From the NCBI RefSeq assembly GCF_000020225.1, contig NC_010655.1, positions 2,520,001 to 2,552,000 of the forward strand: 32,000 nt of DNA, in the 5' to 3' direction. The notes beneath the pieces are model-generated. The model was not told the origin of the DNA. It worked only from the letters and a program-made list of their open reading frames with translations, and searched no databases. Within the stretch, counting starts at the first letter, position 1. The number at the start of each line of letters is the position of its first letter. The stretch comes from Akkermansia muciniphila ATCC BAA-835. GTDB lineage: Bacteria > Verrucomicrobiota > Verrucomicrobiia > Verrucomicrobiales > Akkermansiaceae. Of this stretch, positions 7,499 through 17,026 are shown in pieces. The position numbers were made by a program, and so were the translations under genes.

Positions 7499-7628
7499 CG
7501 GACATTCCGCCTCTTTCTCGTCCGGCTTAATCATACCTGTGAACGGAAATATAGGGACGGTCCGATTGCATCGGACCGCTTCCCCAGGGGTTCAGTATTT
7601 CCACACAACATTCCACCCTCTTTCCTCC

Positions 7629-10031
7629 ATGACAAATAATACCGCTCCCACTCCGCCTGTTACGGAAAACACAGAAGAAACAGCTCTTTCCCTGGACACG
7701 GTGCTGACGATCCTGCGCCGTTACTGGTTCATCATCATTCTGGCAGCTCTCGCCGGAGGCACGGCGGCCTATTACCTGGCCGGCAAACAGAATTATATTT
7801 ACCAAAAAACGGCCAGCGTCCTGATGCGCGATGCCAAAACAGGCAGCGACGCCTCTTCCGAACGCATCATGGCGGAATTGAACATAGACCCCAACGCCGC
7901 TAATCTGGCCAATGAAAGCCTCGTTCTCAAATCCACCGCATTAATGAACAAAGTGGTGGAAGACCTCAGCCTCAACACATCCTATTGGCAAAAAAAAGAC
8001 TTCAGGGAGCTTGATCTTTACCATGCCACCCCCTTATTGGTGCACTTTGAACAGATCGACAAACAACGAGCCTGCACCCTGAACATCACGCCGCTGGATG
8101 AAAAACGCTTCATGCTTGGCCATCCCAATGATCAGGGGGAACTCATCCTGCTGGAAGGTTTTTACGGAAAACCGCTTACGCTTCCCTTTGCCACCATTTC
8201 CGTCCATCCCACCTCCCTGATGACCGACGCATGGAACGGAAAAACCGTCATCGTAAGACACTCTCCCGTTCTTGAAACCGCCAACGCCCTGCTCCGTGGC
8301 CTGACAATTACCCGTCCAGACTCCAAGGAATCCAGCCTTCTGGAGATGACTCTGACATCCAGCAATCCCCAGAAAGCCGAAGACACGCTCAACCACCTTA
8401 TCCAGGTTTACAACCAAATTTCCAAGGACGAACGGAACAAGGCGTCCCTTAAAACGAAAATCTTCATTAGGGATCGACTAAAAGAACTTGGAGCCTCCCT
8501 GAGCGACGTGGACAAAAAACTTACCGAATTTAAAACGAAGAGTGACATCGTCAAAGATGCGGACACAACCATGAGCGCGGACTTCAGCACCTCCCAGGCG
8601 CTGGAAAAGGAAATCTTTGATCTTGAAACCCAAATCAAACTGGCGTCCACCCTTGCTGACAATCTCAAGGAAAGCGAACGCAAACATGGGCTGATCTCCG
8701 TAGAAACCGGTCTTCCCGATTCCGGCATCGCCCGGCAGATAGAACATTACAATGAGGCTTATCTGGAATATCAGAAAATCGCCGGAAGCGCCGGCTCCCA
8801 AAACCCGATTGCCGTGAGCTTGAGGGACAGGATGAATTCCACCAGAGCGGCGGCTAACAAAGCTCTCTCCAACTACCGCAGCAATCTGGATCTCAAACTT
8901 AACCAGCTTATTAACAAAAGGAATTCCCTGACTGAACGCCTGACGGAAACTGCCATCAAGGAACAGGAAATCATTCCGCTTATCCGTGAACACAAGGTTA
9001 AGGAAGAACTGTACCTGATGCTGTTGAGCAAGGAACAGGAAAACGCCCTGGCCATGGCGGTAACGGAATCCAATGCCCGGGTACTGGAAACCGCCCATGG
9101 CTCCAACCTCCCTATCTCTCCTAAAACCATTAAATACGTCGCCGGAGGAACGGCAGGCGGAGCCCTGCTCAGTATCCTGGCCTTCATGGGAGCGGCCATG
9201 TTGAACAATAAGGTCAACAACAAGCATGACCTCCCCGCTGCAAACAGGCAGCCGGTCATTGCCGAACTGCCTCAAATGAGCAAAAAAGAAAGCAAAAACA
9301 CCAAGCTTTTCATTCAGGACGAACATTCCGTCATCGCGGAATGCTTCCACATTCTGCGCAATAACGTAGATTCCATGCTCCCCAGGCCGGAACAGGGAGG
9401 ACACGTCATTCTGGTCACCTCCACCCTCCCCGGAGAAGGGAAAACCTTCACCTCCGCCAATCTGGCCGCCGCTTTCGCCTATGCCGGCAAAAAAGTACTG
9501 CTTATTGACGGGGATTTCCGCAAATCCTCCCTGACCCGGCGTCTCGGCGGTTCCGGACGCAAAGGACTCACTTCCATCCTGCTCCAACAGACCACCGACA
9601 CCACCGGCATCATTCGCCCCCTGGGAGAAAACTCCCGCGGCATGGATATCCTTTACACCGGCCCCATGGTGCCCAATCCGGTCACCCTGCTCAGCCATCC
9701 CCTGTTGGGCCATATCCTCGGCATCCTGAAAAAACAGTATGATGCCGTCATCATCGACGCTCCGCCCTACGGCATTCTGGCAGACACCGCCATTCTGGCA
9801 TCCCTGAGCGATATTACCCTGTACGCCGTGCGCAGCGGAAAAATCGACAAACGGTATCTGCTCCAAATCCAGCAACTGGCCGATCAGGGAAAACTGCCCA
9901 ATATGGCGTACATCATCAACGGCGTCAACTTCAAGTCCGCCAGCTACAGCTACTATGGCTATGGCTACGGCTACCAGTATGGCTACGGGACCAAAGAACC
10001 GCAGCAAACCAGCAGGAAACAAGATAAATAA
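7629..10031 (+). CDS. wzc: Polysaccharide co-polymerase / BY-family tyrosine autokinase (Wzc, PCP-2a)
   Basis: N-terminal Wzz-like region with a TM helix, a long coiled-coil periplasmic part and a second TM helix. The C-terminal kinase has Walker A (PGEGKTFTSANLA), A' (LLIDGDFR) and B (VIIDAPP) motifs and a Tyr cluster, SYSYYGYGYGYQYGYG, encoded at 9942-9989. The track ORF starts at a GTG at 7539; I prefer the ATG at 7629 (MTNNTAP). Confidence 0.9.
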   Translation: MTNNTAPTPPVTENTEETALSLDTVLTILRRYWFIIILAALAGGTAAYYLAGKQNYIYQKTASVLMRDAKTGSDASSERIMAELNIDPNAANLANESLVLKSTALMNKVVEDLSLNTSYWQKKDFRELDLYHATPLLVHFEQIDKQRACTLNITPLDEKRFMLGHPNDQGELILLEGFYGKPLTLPFATISVHPTSLMTDAWNGKTVIVRHSPVLETANALLRGLTITRPDSKESSLLEMTLTSSNPQKAEDTLNHLIQVYNQISKDERNKASLKTKIFIRDRLKELGASLSDVDKKLTEFKTKSDIVKDADTTMSADFSTSQALEKEIFDLETQIKLASTLADNLKESERKHGLISVETGLPDSGIARQIEHYNEAYLEYQKIAGSAGSQNPIAVSLRDRMNSTRAAANKALSNYRSNLDLKLNQLINKRNSLTERLTETAIKEQEIIPLIREHKVKEELYLMLLSKEQENALAMAVTESNARVLETAHGSNLPISPKTIKYVAGGTAGGALLSILAFMGAAMLNNKVNNKHDLPAANRQPVIAELPQMSKKESKNTKLFIQDEHSVIAECFHILRNNVDSMLPRPEQGGHVILVTSTLPGEGKTFTSANLAAAFAYAGKKVLLIDGDFRKSSLTRRLGGSGRKGLTSILLQQTTDTTGIIRPLGENSRGMDILYTGPMVPNPVTLLSHPLLGHILGILKKQYDAVIIDAPPYGILADTAILASLSDITLYAVRSGKIDKRYLLQIQQLADQGKLPNMAYIINGVNFKSASYSYYGYGYGYQYGYGTKEPQQTSRKQDK

Positions 10032-10093
10032 GGCGCAGGCCATACATAAGCCCAGGCTTTCTTCCCTGCTTTTTACTCTTTTCGGCAGCAATC

Positions 10094-10765
10094 ATGTTCG
10101 GCAACCTGTTCACCCCCCGGTATGCGACATCCAGCCTTTTTCCGGACGGCATGGACATGCACACCCATATTCTATGGGGGGTGGACGACGGAGCCGCCTG
10201 CCTTGAAGAAAGCCTGGGCATCATTCGCCGACTCAAGGCCATGGGACTCAAAGGAGCTTACTGCACCCCCCATATCATGGCGCGCTACCCGGATAATACG
10301 CCCGATTTCCTGCGCCGCCGTTTCGACCAGCTGCTTGCCGACACCAGGGAAGAACAATTCCAGCTTCGGCTCGCGGCGGAATACATGCTGGACAACCAGT
10401 TCCATGAGCAGCTGCGCCGATACACTCCCCTGACCTACGACGGAATCCACCTGCTGGTGGAACTGCCCCAGTACTACCTTCCCGGCGCCTGGAAGGACAT
10501 GATCAGCTCCGTTCGGGACATGGGATACGTCCCTGTCCTGGCGCACCCTGAACGCTATGGCCGCCTCCTGCAACAGGAAGATTTCCTCCAACTGGCCCGG
10601 CAGGAAGGCGTCAAATATCAGGGCAATGTCGGCTCCCTGAAAGGATTTTACGGCAAATCCGCCGCAGCCCTGGCACAAACGTTCCACACCCGTCAACTTT
10701 ACGAATGGTGGGGGACAGACAGCCACAACATCGCCATGGCCAAACGCATGCCTCTGAAAAACTAA
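10094..10765 (+). CDS. PHP-family (CpsB/YwqE-type) protein-tyrosine phosphatase
   Basis: 223 aa. It has the metal-binding signature DMHTHILWGVDDGA near the N-terminus, then TPH and LAHPERY motifs typical of CpsB/CapC manganese-dependent phosphatases. Confidence 0.85.
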   Translation: MFGNLFTPRYATSSLFPDGMDMHTHILWGVDDGAACLEESLGIIRRLKAMGLKGAYCTPHIMARYPDNTPDFLRRRFDQLLADTREEQFQLRLAAEYMLDNQFHEQLRRYTPLTYDGIHLLVELPQYYLPGAWKDMISSVRDMGYVPVLAHPERYGRLLQQEDFLQLARQEGVKYQGNVGSLKGFYGKSAAALAQTFHTRQLYEWWGTDSHNIAMAKRMPLKN

Positions 10766-10803
10766 CTCCGCCTACCCTATCAACAACCTCTCGTACTACA
10801 CCC

Positions 10804-11652
10804 ATGTCAGCCCCTATAACTAATATCCCCTTCAGCAACCCGCTGTATCGTAATCATAATTTTTACAGACGCTACGGAAAACGCGCCCTGGATTTCACGG
10901 GTGCACTCTTCGGCCTTATATGCCTGTTTCCGGTATTAGCCATTCTGGCTATTCTGCTGGCCATCGTCCAGCGGACATCTCCCTTCTTCCTGCAAAAGCG
11001 CATCGGGCACGGCCTCAAACCCTTTCATATCATCAAATTCAAAACCATGAAAGACACCAGGGACAAGGAAGGGAACCTGCTCCCGGACGAAGAACGCACA
11101 ACAGTCCTGGGCTCCCTGCTGCGCAGCACCTCCCTGGACGAACTGCCTGAACTCATCAACGTTCTGCTGGGGGACATGAGCTTTATCGGCCCACGCCCCT
11201 GGATTCCCGATCAAATGGCCATTTTTACCCCTTCCACCCGGAAAAAAAGAATGTCCCTGCGCCCGGGCATCACGGGGCTGGCCCAGATTCGCGGGCGCAA
11301 CAACCTCACCTTCCGCCAGCGGGTATGTTATGACCTGAGCTACCAACGCCACCTGACCTTTCGGTACGACCTGAATATCCTTTTTTACACCTTCCTCAAG
11401 GTTGTCGAGAGAGAAGGCATTCAACAGCGACCGGATGCCCTGAGCACACCGGCCCGTGTACTGAAGCCCAGGGATTTGATGACCTACGGATTAAAAGAAA
11501 ATACGCAACTCATCTTAAGAAGTATCCGAAAAGAACCCGTCCCATCCTTGAGCGTACCCGACCATCCCTTGACCCCCAAAGACCTGCCGACCAAAGGCCT
11601 TAGGGCAAATACCCAGCTTATCATGAGGAGCCGTCAGAAAAGCGTCCAATAA
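10804..11652 (+). CDS. Initiating undecaprenyl-phosphate sugar phosphotransferase (Bac_transf, small PglC/WbaP-C-like) with an extra repeated C-terminal tail
   Basis: Preferred ATG at 10804 (MSAPITN). One N-terminal hydrophobic helix is followed by SPFFLQKRIGHGLKPFHIIKFKTMKD, DELPELINVLLGDMSFIGPRP and PGITGLAQI, the hallmark motifs of bacterial sugar transferases. About 75 extra C-terminal residues follow. Confidence 0.9.
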   Translation: MSAPITNIPFSNPLYRNHNFYRRYGKRALDFTGALFGLICLFPVLAILAILLAIVQRTSPFFLQKRIGHGLKPFHIIKFKTMKDTRDKEGNLLPDEERTTVLGSLLRSTSLDELPELINVLLGDMSFIGPRPWIPDQMAIFTPSTRKKRMSLRPGITGLAQIRGRNNLTFRQRVCYDLSYQRHLTFRYDLNILFYTFLKVVEREGIQQRPDALSTPARVLKPRDLMTYGLKENTQLILRSIRKEPVPSLSVPDHPLTPKDLPTKGLRANTQLIMRSRQKSVQ

Positions 11653-11677
11653 AAATCCTCCACTCCCCCCGCCAAAA

Positions 11678-12454
11678 ATGAAAATTTCAGTCATTACGGT
11701 TTGTTATAACAGCATTGCAACGCTGCAAGACACGCTGGAAAGCATTCTGCGGCAAACCTACCCGGACGTGGAAAGCATTGTGGTGGACGGGGCCAGCAAG
11801 GATGGAACCGTGGAATTGATTGAAAAATACAGTCATCAATTTTCCGGCCGCATGAAATGGCTATCCGAGCCGGACAAGGGAATTTATGATGCCATGAACA
11901 AGGGGATAGGCATGGCCACGGGAGATGTCATCGGCTTTCTGAATGCGGATGACTATTACCAGGACGGAAACGTGCTGGAAGCCATCGCCGAAGCGTTTGC
12001 CCGGCATGGGACGGACGCTGTGCACGGCAATCTGCACTACATCAACGGAGCAAGGGAAATCGTACGCACATGGCGCGGAACGGAGTACACTCCCGGTTCC
12101 TTCCAGCGCGGCTGGAACCCGGCGCACCCCACGTTCTATTGTAAAAAGGACTGCTTTACCCGTTACGGCGGCTTTGATCCTGCTATAGGCAGCGCGGCGG
12201 ACTTTGAGCTGATGATGCGCTTTATAGAAAAAAACAGCATTTCCACCGCCTATATCGACCGCGACATGGTATTCATGCGCACCGGAGGCTCCAGTACGGC
12301 GGGCTTGAGAGCCATTCTGAGGAATACGCGCCAGAACAAGCAGGCATTCAAAAAAAACGGCATCCCTTACCCGTGGCATTACGGAGTAACCCGGCTGCTG
12401 GCCAAGGCTGGCAGTATGCGCAATCCCATCCTTTATCTGTTCAAAACCCGTTAA
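11678..12454 (+). CDS. Glycosyltransferase family 2
   Basis: 258 aa. Motifs: ISVITVCYNSIATLQDTLESILRQTYPDVESIVVDGASKDGT and FLNADDYY (DxD-type). Confidence 0.9.
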   Translation: MKISVITVCYNSIATLQDTLESILRQTYPDVESIVVDGASKDGTVELIEKYSHQFSGRMKWLSEPDKGIYDAMNKGIGMATGDVIGFLNADDYYQDGNVLEAIAEAFARHGTDAVHGNLHYINGAREIVRTWRGTEYTPGSFQRGWNPAHPTFYCKKDCFTRYGGFDPAIGSAADFELMMRFIEKNSISTAYIDRDMVFMRTGGSSTAGLRAILRNTRQNKQAFKKNGIPYPWHYGVTRLLAKAGSMRNPILYLFKTR

Positions 12455-12488
12455 ATTTTCTGTTCCCATTCCTTTCCGTCACGCCGTC

Positions 12489-13643
12489 ATGAACCTGATT
12501 TTCTATTTTGACCAACCCATCCTGCCCCATGCGGGAGGAACGGAACGGGCGGCATATCTTCTGGCGCAAGCCCTGTCGCGGCACGGCCACCGTATTTCCT
12601 TTCTGTCTCTCCAACAGGCGGATGTTCCTCCCGGCGGACTGCCTTATTTCACCCTTCCGCGGCAGGACACGCTCTTCTGCAGGGAAAACAGGGAATATGT
12701 GGAAAATCTATGCTCCGCACAAAAGACGGACGGCATCATCAACTGCGGGGCCAATCAGGATGACTCCTTTTTCTTCAGCCATGAACACCTTGACATCCGG
12801 GCTTCCATCATTTCCTGGATTTCCTTTGACGTCCGCACAGGGCTGGATTATTTCTCCTGCCTGCTCCGGAAGGATTTCTCCACCTGGGGCAATACCATGA
12901 AAACGCTGTTGCGCCATGCGCTGCTACCCTGTAAAAAACACGCGGCCGTCAGCAACAAGAGGAGGAAATACAGGGATATGTTCCGCGGGTCGGACAAGGT
13001 GGTCTTTCTCTCCCCCCGGTATACGGAAGACGCCCTCCAGCTGGCGGGCCCCCCGGAAAGGGCCCGGCTGTACGCCATTCCCAACCTGCTGACTTATGAT
13101 CCCGTCCAGCCTGACCTTTCCGGGAAGGAAAACGCCGTTCTTTATGTGGGACGGATGGCGGACTCTCCCAAAAAGGTGGATCGCCTGCTGAATGTCTGGA
13201 AGAAAGTGCAGCCGCTTCATCCGGACTGGCATCTGTACCTGGTGGGGGACGGCCCGGAACGCGGCAATCTGGAGCGGATGGCGGCGCGCCTGAAACTGGA
13301 AAACGTCCATTTTGAGGGAGTTCAGGAACCCGCGCCCTATTACCGCAAGGCCAGAATACTCTGCCTCACCTCCACCCACGAAGGCATGCCCATGGTAATT
13401 AACGAAGCTCTCTCCTACGGCTGTTTTCCTGTAGTTTTCAACAGTTTCCACGCTGCTGAAGACATGCTGCCGAACCGGGAGACGGGACGTCTCATCCCGC
13501 CCTTCAGCTTGCGCCTCTTCGCGCGGGAACTGGATGAACTGATGAGCGGCCCCTACATCCCGCCCTGCACCAAAGTATTAACGAACTATCACCCGGAAAA
13601 GGTCATTCCCCTGTGGATGGAATGCCTGCAGGACCAGCCATGA
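12489..13643 (+). CDS. Glycosyltransferase family 4 (GT-B, Glycos_transf_1)
   Basis: 384 aa. The N-terminus has GGTERAAYLLAQAL. The C-terminal block is YVGRMADSPKKVDRLL...LVGDGPERGNLE...TSTHEGMPMVINEALSYGCFPV (EX7E). Confidence 0.9.
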   Translation: MNLIFYFDQPILPHAGGTERAAYLLAQALSRHGHRISFLSLQQADVPPGGLPYFTLPRQDTLFCRENREYVENLCSAQKTDGIINCGANQDDSFFFSHEHLDIRASIISWISFDVRTGLDYFSCLLRKDFSTWGNTMKTLLRHALLPCKKHAAVSNKRRKYRDMFRGSDKVVFLSPRYTEDALQLAGPPERARLYAIPNLLTYDPVQPDLSGKENAVLYVGRMADSPKKVDRLLNVWKKVQPLHPDWHLYLVGDGPERGNLERMAARLKLENVHFEGVQEPAPYYRKARILCLTSTHEGMPMVINEALSYGCFPVVFNSFHAAEDMLPNRETGRLIPPFSLRLFARELDELMSGPYIPPCTKVLTNYHPEKVIPLWMECLQDQP

Positions 13644-14818
13644 GCAACATCGTCATCTATCTTCCCAATGAATCCCTGGGCAAACAGGGAGGCATGGAAC
13701 GGGCCACTCATCAGCTGGCCGCCATGCTTGCCGGTGAAGGCCACCGGGTAACGCTCCTCTGCAGAAACAAAAACAGGCTGGGGGAAGAATACGTGCCTCC
13801 GACGGATCTCGTGTTCATTCCCGCAGCCCTCAGCCGGAAGGAAGAACAGAATTTCCTGCTTAACCTTATCCGGGAAAGAGAAATTGAGAGCATCATTGAC
13901 CAGACGGAAGGCGGGATTGTGGGGCGGTGGGGAATCTTCCGGCATCGCGGGCACATGAACGGGGTTTCCGTCAAACTCATTGCCGTACAGCACAGTTCCC
14001 AATATACCTATCTGAAACATTACCGGACCGTCAACCGGAGGCCCTCCGGACGCGGCCTCATCGGCAAGGCATGTTCATTTTTCTATCATACGCTTATACT
14101 GGCATTAAAAAAATACAGGGCAATTTTGCTTCAGCGCAGCCTGTTCCGGGAACTGGCTTCAGACTATGACCGGATAGTGACGCTTTCGAAAGGGGGCATT
14201 GAAGAATTCAAAAAACTGTGCCCCTCCGTCCCCGGGAACAAGCTCGTCTGCATTCCCAATATCGTGGAACCGGCCGTTCTCTCCAAGGAAGAGAGAAAAG
14301 AACCGCGCTGCCTGTTTGTCGGCAGGCTGGACAACCCCTCAAAAGGAGTGGACAGGCTTCTGCGCATATGGGAAAAAGTGGAAAAAACATGTCCGGAATG
14401 GCATCTGGACATTGTGGGCGACGGACCGGATGCAGATATGCTTAAGGATTCCGCCCAAAAACTGGGGCTTTCCCGAATTGCCTTTCACGGCTTCCAGAAT
14501 CCGGAGCCTTACTATTCCAGAGCCTCCGTATTCTGCATGACTTCCACGTTTGAAGGGTTCGGCCTTGTTCTTGTAGAGGCCATGCAGCACGGGTGCGTTC
14601 CTGTTGCCTTTGACAGCTACCCTGCCGTCCGGGATATTATCTCCCACGGGGAAAACGGCATCCTCGTTCCCCCCTTTCAGGAAGAAATTTACTCGAACGC
14701 CCTCACATCCCTTATCAACAATCCCGGCGAACTGGAAAAATTCAGCCGGCACAGCCTCGTCACATCCAGAAACTTCAGCTCCTCAAACCTGGCGGCCAGG
14801 TGGGCCGCCATTCTGTAA
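13640..14818 (+). CDS. Glycosyltransferase family 4
   Basis: Preferred ATG at 13640 makes an ATGA overlap with the upstream stop. Motifs: GGMERATHQLAAML and FVGRLDNPSKGVDRLL...IVGDGPDADML...TSTFEGFGLVLVEAMQHGCVPV. Confidence 0.9.
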   Translation: MSNIVIYLPNESLGKQGGMERATHQLAAMLAGEGHRVTLLCRNKNRLGEEYVPPTDLVFIPAALSRKEEQNFLLNLIREREIESIIDQTEGGIVGRWGIFRHRGHMNGVSVKLIAVQHSSQYTYLKHYRTVNRRPSGRGLIGKACSFFYHTLILALKKYRAILLQRSLFRELASDYDRIVTLSKGGIEEFKKLCPSVPGNKLVCIPNIVEPAVLSKEERKEPRCLFVGRLDNPSKGVDRLLRIWEKVEKTCPEWHLDIVGDGPDADMLKDSAQKLGLSRIAFHGFQNPEPYYSRASVFCMTSTFEGFGLVLVEAMQHGCVPVAFDSYPAVRDIISHGENGILVPPFQEEIYSNALTSLINNPGELEKFSRHSLVTSRNFSSSNLAARWAAIL

Positions 14819-14851
14819 AATCAAAAAAACTTCATCAAACCATTTGTAAAA

Positions 14852-16024
14852 ATGAAAATTTGTTTTGTCGCATGGTCTGATTTCGGAATAGGAGGCGTCC
14901 CAAGAGTTCTGACCTGCCTGATGGATGCCTTGTCACGCAAACATGACGTAAGCCTCTACTCCCTGAAAAACCTTCCGCCGTCAGGCATCCAAGGAATCAA
15001 CCGGGAACAAATTCATATTTACTGCAGGGAAATGAATTTATATGAGAAAATTCGCCGCTCCGCGGCGGACATTCTCGTCTGCAAAACCCCTCTGTTCAGC
15101 TCCGCCCTTGGCTGCCGGCTATACGCGGCCGCGCGCTACACGTCAGGCTTCAAAAAGGCGCTGACGAACCATCTCAATAAACATCAATATGATGTGGTCA
15201 TTTTCGGTTCCGGCTTTGAAGACTCCCTGCTTCTCGCCCTCACCAAAAACAAGCTCCTGCCCAGCATGAGAATACTGACGTGGTCCCATGCTTCCTATGA
15301 CAACTATTTCACCAACATGGGTTCCTTCTTCTCCCGGTACATGAAGGAAGCCATCAAGGCATATTACCATCGTTTCGATGAAATCATCGTCCTGTCTGAC
15401 GGGGACGAAAAAGAATTCAGAGAAAAACACCATCTCCCCGCCCGTCGAATCTACAACCCCAACACGATGAACCCGGCCAGAAAATCGACCCTTACCAGCA
15501 AAACGTTCGTTTACGTCGGGGCTCTCTCCCACCAGAAAGGGACTGATCTGGCCGTCCGCGCGTTCCACAAATTCATTGAAACGGATCAGGAATGGAATCT
15601 CCACATCTATGGGGAAGGCCCGCTGAAAGGATGGATTGAAGAATATGTATCCTCCAACGGTTTGCACCACAGAATCATTCTGCACGGGCCCTGCGGAAAT
15701 ATGGAGGAAGAATTTCCCCGCCATTCCATCCTGCTCTTTCCCTCCCGCTGCGAAGGCTTCGGACTCGTCCAGGTGGAAGCCATGTGCTGCGGGCTGCCTA
15801 TTCTGGCGGCGGATATACCGATCTGTCGGGAAATAGTGGAAAAACATCACGCCGGCATCCTTTTTGAGTCGGACAATCCGGAAGACCTGTGCCGGGCCAT
15901 GCGTGAAATGACGGCCTCAGACCTCTCATCCTATGCGGCAAACGGCCTGGCCGCGGCGCCTCTGTTCAATCTGGAGCAGACTGTCTCTGAATGGGAAAAC
16001 ATGTTCAACGCAGTAAAATCATGA
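14852..16024 (+). CDS. Glycosyltransferase family 4
   Basis: 390 aa. Motifs: YVGALSHQKGTDLAV...IYGEGPLKGWIE...PSRCEGFGLVQVEAMCCGLPILA. Confidence 0.9.
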   Translation: MKICFVAWSDFGIGGVPRVLTCLMDALSRKHDVSLYSLKNLPPSGIQGINREQIHIYCREMNLYEKIRRSAADILVCKTPLFSSALGCRLYAAARYTSGFKKALTNHLNKHQYDVVIFGSGFEDSLLLALTKNKLLPSMRILTWSHASYDNYFTNMGSFFSRYMKEAIKAYYHRFDEIIVLSDGDEKEFREKHHLPARRIYNPNTMNPARKSTLTSKTFVYVGALSHQKGTDLAVRAFHKFIETDQEWNLHIYGEGPLKGWIEEYVSSNGLHHRIILHGPCGNMEEEFPRHSILLFPSRCEGFGLVQVEAMCCGLPILAADIPICREIVEKHHAGILFESDNPEDLCRAMREMTASDLSSYAANGLAAAPLFNLEQTVSEWENMFNAVKS

Positions 16025-16986
16025 AACATTTAACATTACTGGAACCTATCAGGAAAGAAGGCAATTACCAATTCTTCATGCAATGGTTCGCGGACGCATG
16101 GGCAGCCAGCGGGGGAAAAACGGTCAGGGGAATTCGCGCCCCATGGAATTTGCGTCTGCTGATCGCCAAATCCCGACTCTCAAGGAATTTCCCCCTGTTC
16201 ACCAGCTCACGCAAGGCGTTGCTGGTTCCGGGGGCCGGATACCCGGACTCATTCGCGTGGCCGTTCGGCTATACCAATGAAATCGTGCCCATGCTGTGGG
16301 ACGTCTGGCCCCGGTACTGGCCGCGTCTCATCTCTTCCCTGAAACGCCACCATGTGCAAACATTGTTGTGCACGTCATCCCAGGTTTGCGAATACGTGGC
16401 TGAAAAACTTCCGCATATTCACACGGTTCACGTTCCGGAAGGCATAGACCCCACCGGCTATAGGGACGGAGGAGCCCTGGAGGGGCGCCGGACGGACATT
16501 CTCCAGATCGGGCGCCTGATGCAGCCTGTACACGAGGCCATCCTTCAAATGCGGCAGGAGGCGCCACACCTCAGCTATCTTTACCCGGAAGAACCGGGCC
16601 GCCTTGTCTTTCCGGATTTTCCTTCGCTGTGCGAAGGGCTGGCTTCCACAAAAATCGTCATCTGCTATCCTCGCTGCCGAACCCACCCGGAAATGGCGGG
16701 CGATGTGGAAACGCTGACGCAGCGCTACTGGGAATGCATGCTCTCCGGAACGCTCATCGTCGGCCAAGCCCCCAAAGAACTGGTTGATCTGCTGGGGTAC
16801 AATCCCGTCATTGAACTCCAGACAGACGGGGACATCGGCAACCGGCTCTCCCAGATTCTGGACAACATCGCCACCTATCAGGAACTGGCGGACAAAAACC
16901 TGGCCGCCGCCCGGGAAAACGCATCATGGGAGACAAGAATGACCCGTCTCCTTCCACAATTGCGCCAACTGGGATATATGCAGTAA
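16021..16986 (+). CDS. Divergent glycosyltransferase-like protein (possibly Glyco_trans_1_2/CgeB-like); function uncertain
   Basis: Preferred ATG at 16021 (MKHLTLLEP) makes an ATGA overlap with the upstream stop. The only weak family resemblance is in the C-terminal part (TQRYWECMLSGTLIVGQAPKELVDLLGYNPVIE). Calling it a CDS rests on codon usage, its operon position and the coupled start. Confidence 0.6.
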   Translation: MKHLTLLEPIRKEGNYQFFMQWFADAWAASGGKTVRGIRAPWNLRLLIAKSRLSRNFPLFTSSRKALLVPGAGYPDSFAWPFGYTNEIVPMLWDVWPRYWPRLISSLKRHHVQTLLCTSSQVCEYVAEKLPHIHTVHVPEGIDPTGYRDGGALEGRRTDILQIGRLMQPVHEAILQMRQEAPHLSYLYPEEPGRLVFPDFPSLCEGLASTKIVICYPRCRTHPEMAGDVETLTQRYWECMLSGTLIVGQAPKELVDLLGYNPVIELQTDGDIGNRLSQILDNIATYQELADKNLAAARENASWETRMTRLLPQLRQLGYMQ

Positions 16987-17026
16987 CAATCTTTTTCAGT
17001 TTCACTCAAAACCAGCGAATCCGGAC

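Noticed and set aside
8478-10091. 537-aa - strand ORF opposite wzc
   Set aside because: Same explanation. It is codon-aligned antisense to wzc (10089 and 7629 are both multiples of 3) and its translation is Gly/Asp/Phe-rich and featureless.
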